From: a virus | Lineage: Duplodnaviria; Caudoviricetes | DNA: 44,999 nucleotides | Virus record (IMG/VR): IMGVR_UViG_3300035321_000146 | Span: 1-44,999 of that record | Strand: one strand, 5' to 3' | Shown here: one piece after another, positions 44,881-44,999 of the stretch | Position numbering within the stretch: the first letter of the stretch is position 1 | Layout: each line of letters begins with the position of its first letter | The notes under the pieces: generated by a model | Told to the model about the DNA's origin: nothing | Seen by the model: the letters and a program-made list of their open reading frames with translations, nothing else | The model's database searches: none | Program-made: the position numbers and the translations under genes

Positions 44881-44999
44881 TTAGTTTTGCGTCACATTGA
44901 CTGCACAACCATTGGCATTTGTGCAATACTGTGTAAGACTGTATGAGTTTAATCCTGTGTCTTGGTAACTTGATCCAAGTTGATGAACAGTGACCGTAT
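44881..44999 (-). CDS. C-terminal end of a curlin-repeat-like secreted protein (partial)
   Basis: ...YSLTQYCTNANGCAVNVTQN*; Q-terminated beta-strand repeats. Confidence 0.4.
   Translation of the reverse strand, partial: TVTVHQLGSSYQDTGLNSYSLTQYCTNANGCAVNVTQN

Noticed and set aside
1-44999. Genetic-code reassignment suggested by the odd tRNA(CCA) genes
   Set aside because: Long ORFs are intact in code 11, all three stop codons terminate genes, and TGG occupies motif positions where Trp is expected (for example GQWPW in CHASE2).

Overview
An AT-rich segment of a large tailed (T4-like, myovirus-type) bacteriophage genome, probably aquatic, with a proteobacterial host (host is inference). About 0.2-13 kb and 18-26 kb hold virion genes: baseplate-like proteins, tail fibres, a subtilisin protease and two giant paralogous fibre/spike proteins. 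The rest is accessory, host-takeover cargo: an IscA/HesB carrier, UvsE, QueD, glycosyltransferase-like genes, a metallophosphoesterase, ClpP, TilS, IF-1, an FkbM methyltransferase, a ParB-like/HNH pair and a CHASE2 adenylate cyclase. Seven tRNA genes lie at 28.7-30.5 kb on the minus strand. The most striking signal is at 28667-28949, where a sigma70 promoter drives a 20-codon leader peptide with one Trp codon. Mutually exclusive antiterminator and terminator hairpins follow, and then a structurally non-canonical tRNA-Trp(CCA). This looks like a ribosome-mediated attenuator that switches on a back-up phage tRNA-Trp when UGG decoding fails. The main tRNA operon nearby carries a second non-canonical tRNA-Trp, an A34 tRNA-Ser(ACU), a CCA-ended non-tRNA structured RNA and an rrn-like boxB/boxA leader. 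Other notable items: a candidate pseudoknot riboswitch upstream of queD, many apparently leaderless genes, and a missed metallothionein-like ORF. All calls were made by eye; no database searches or folding computations were run.
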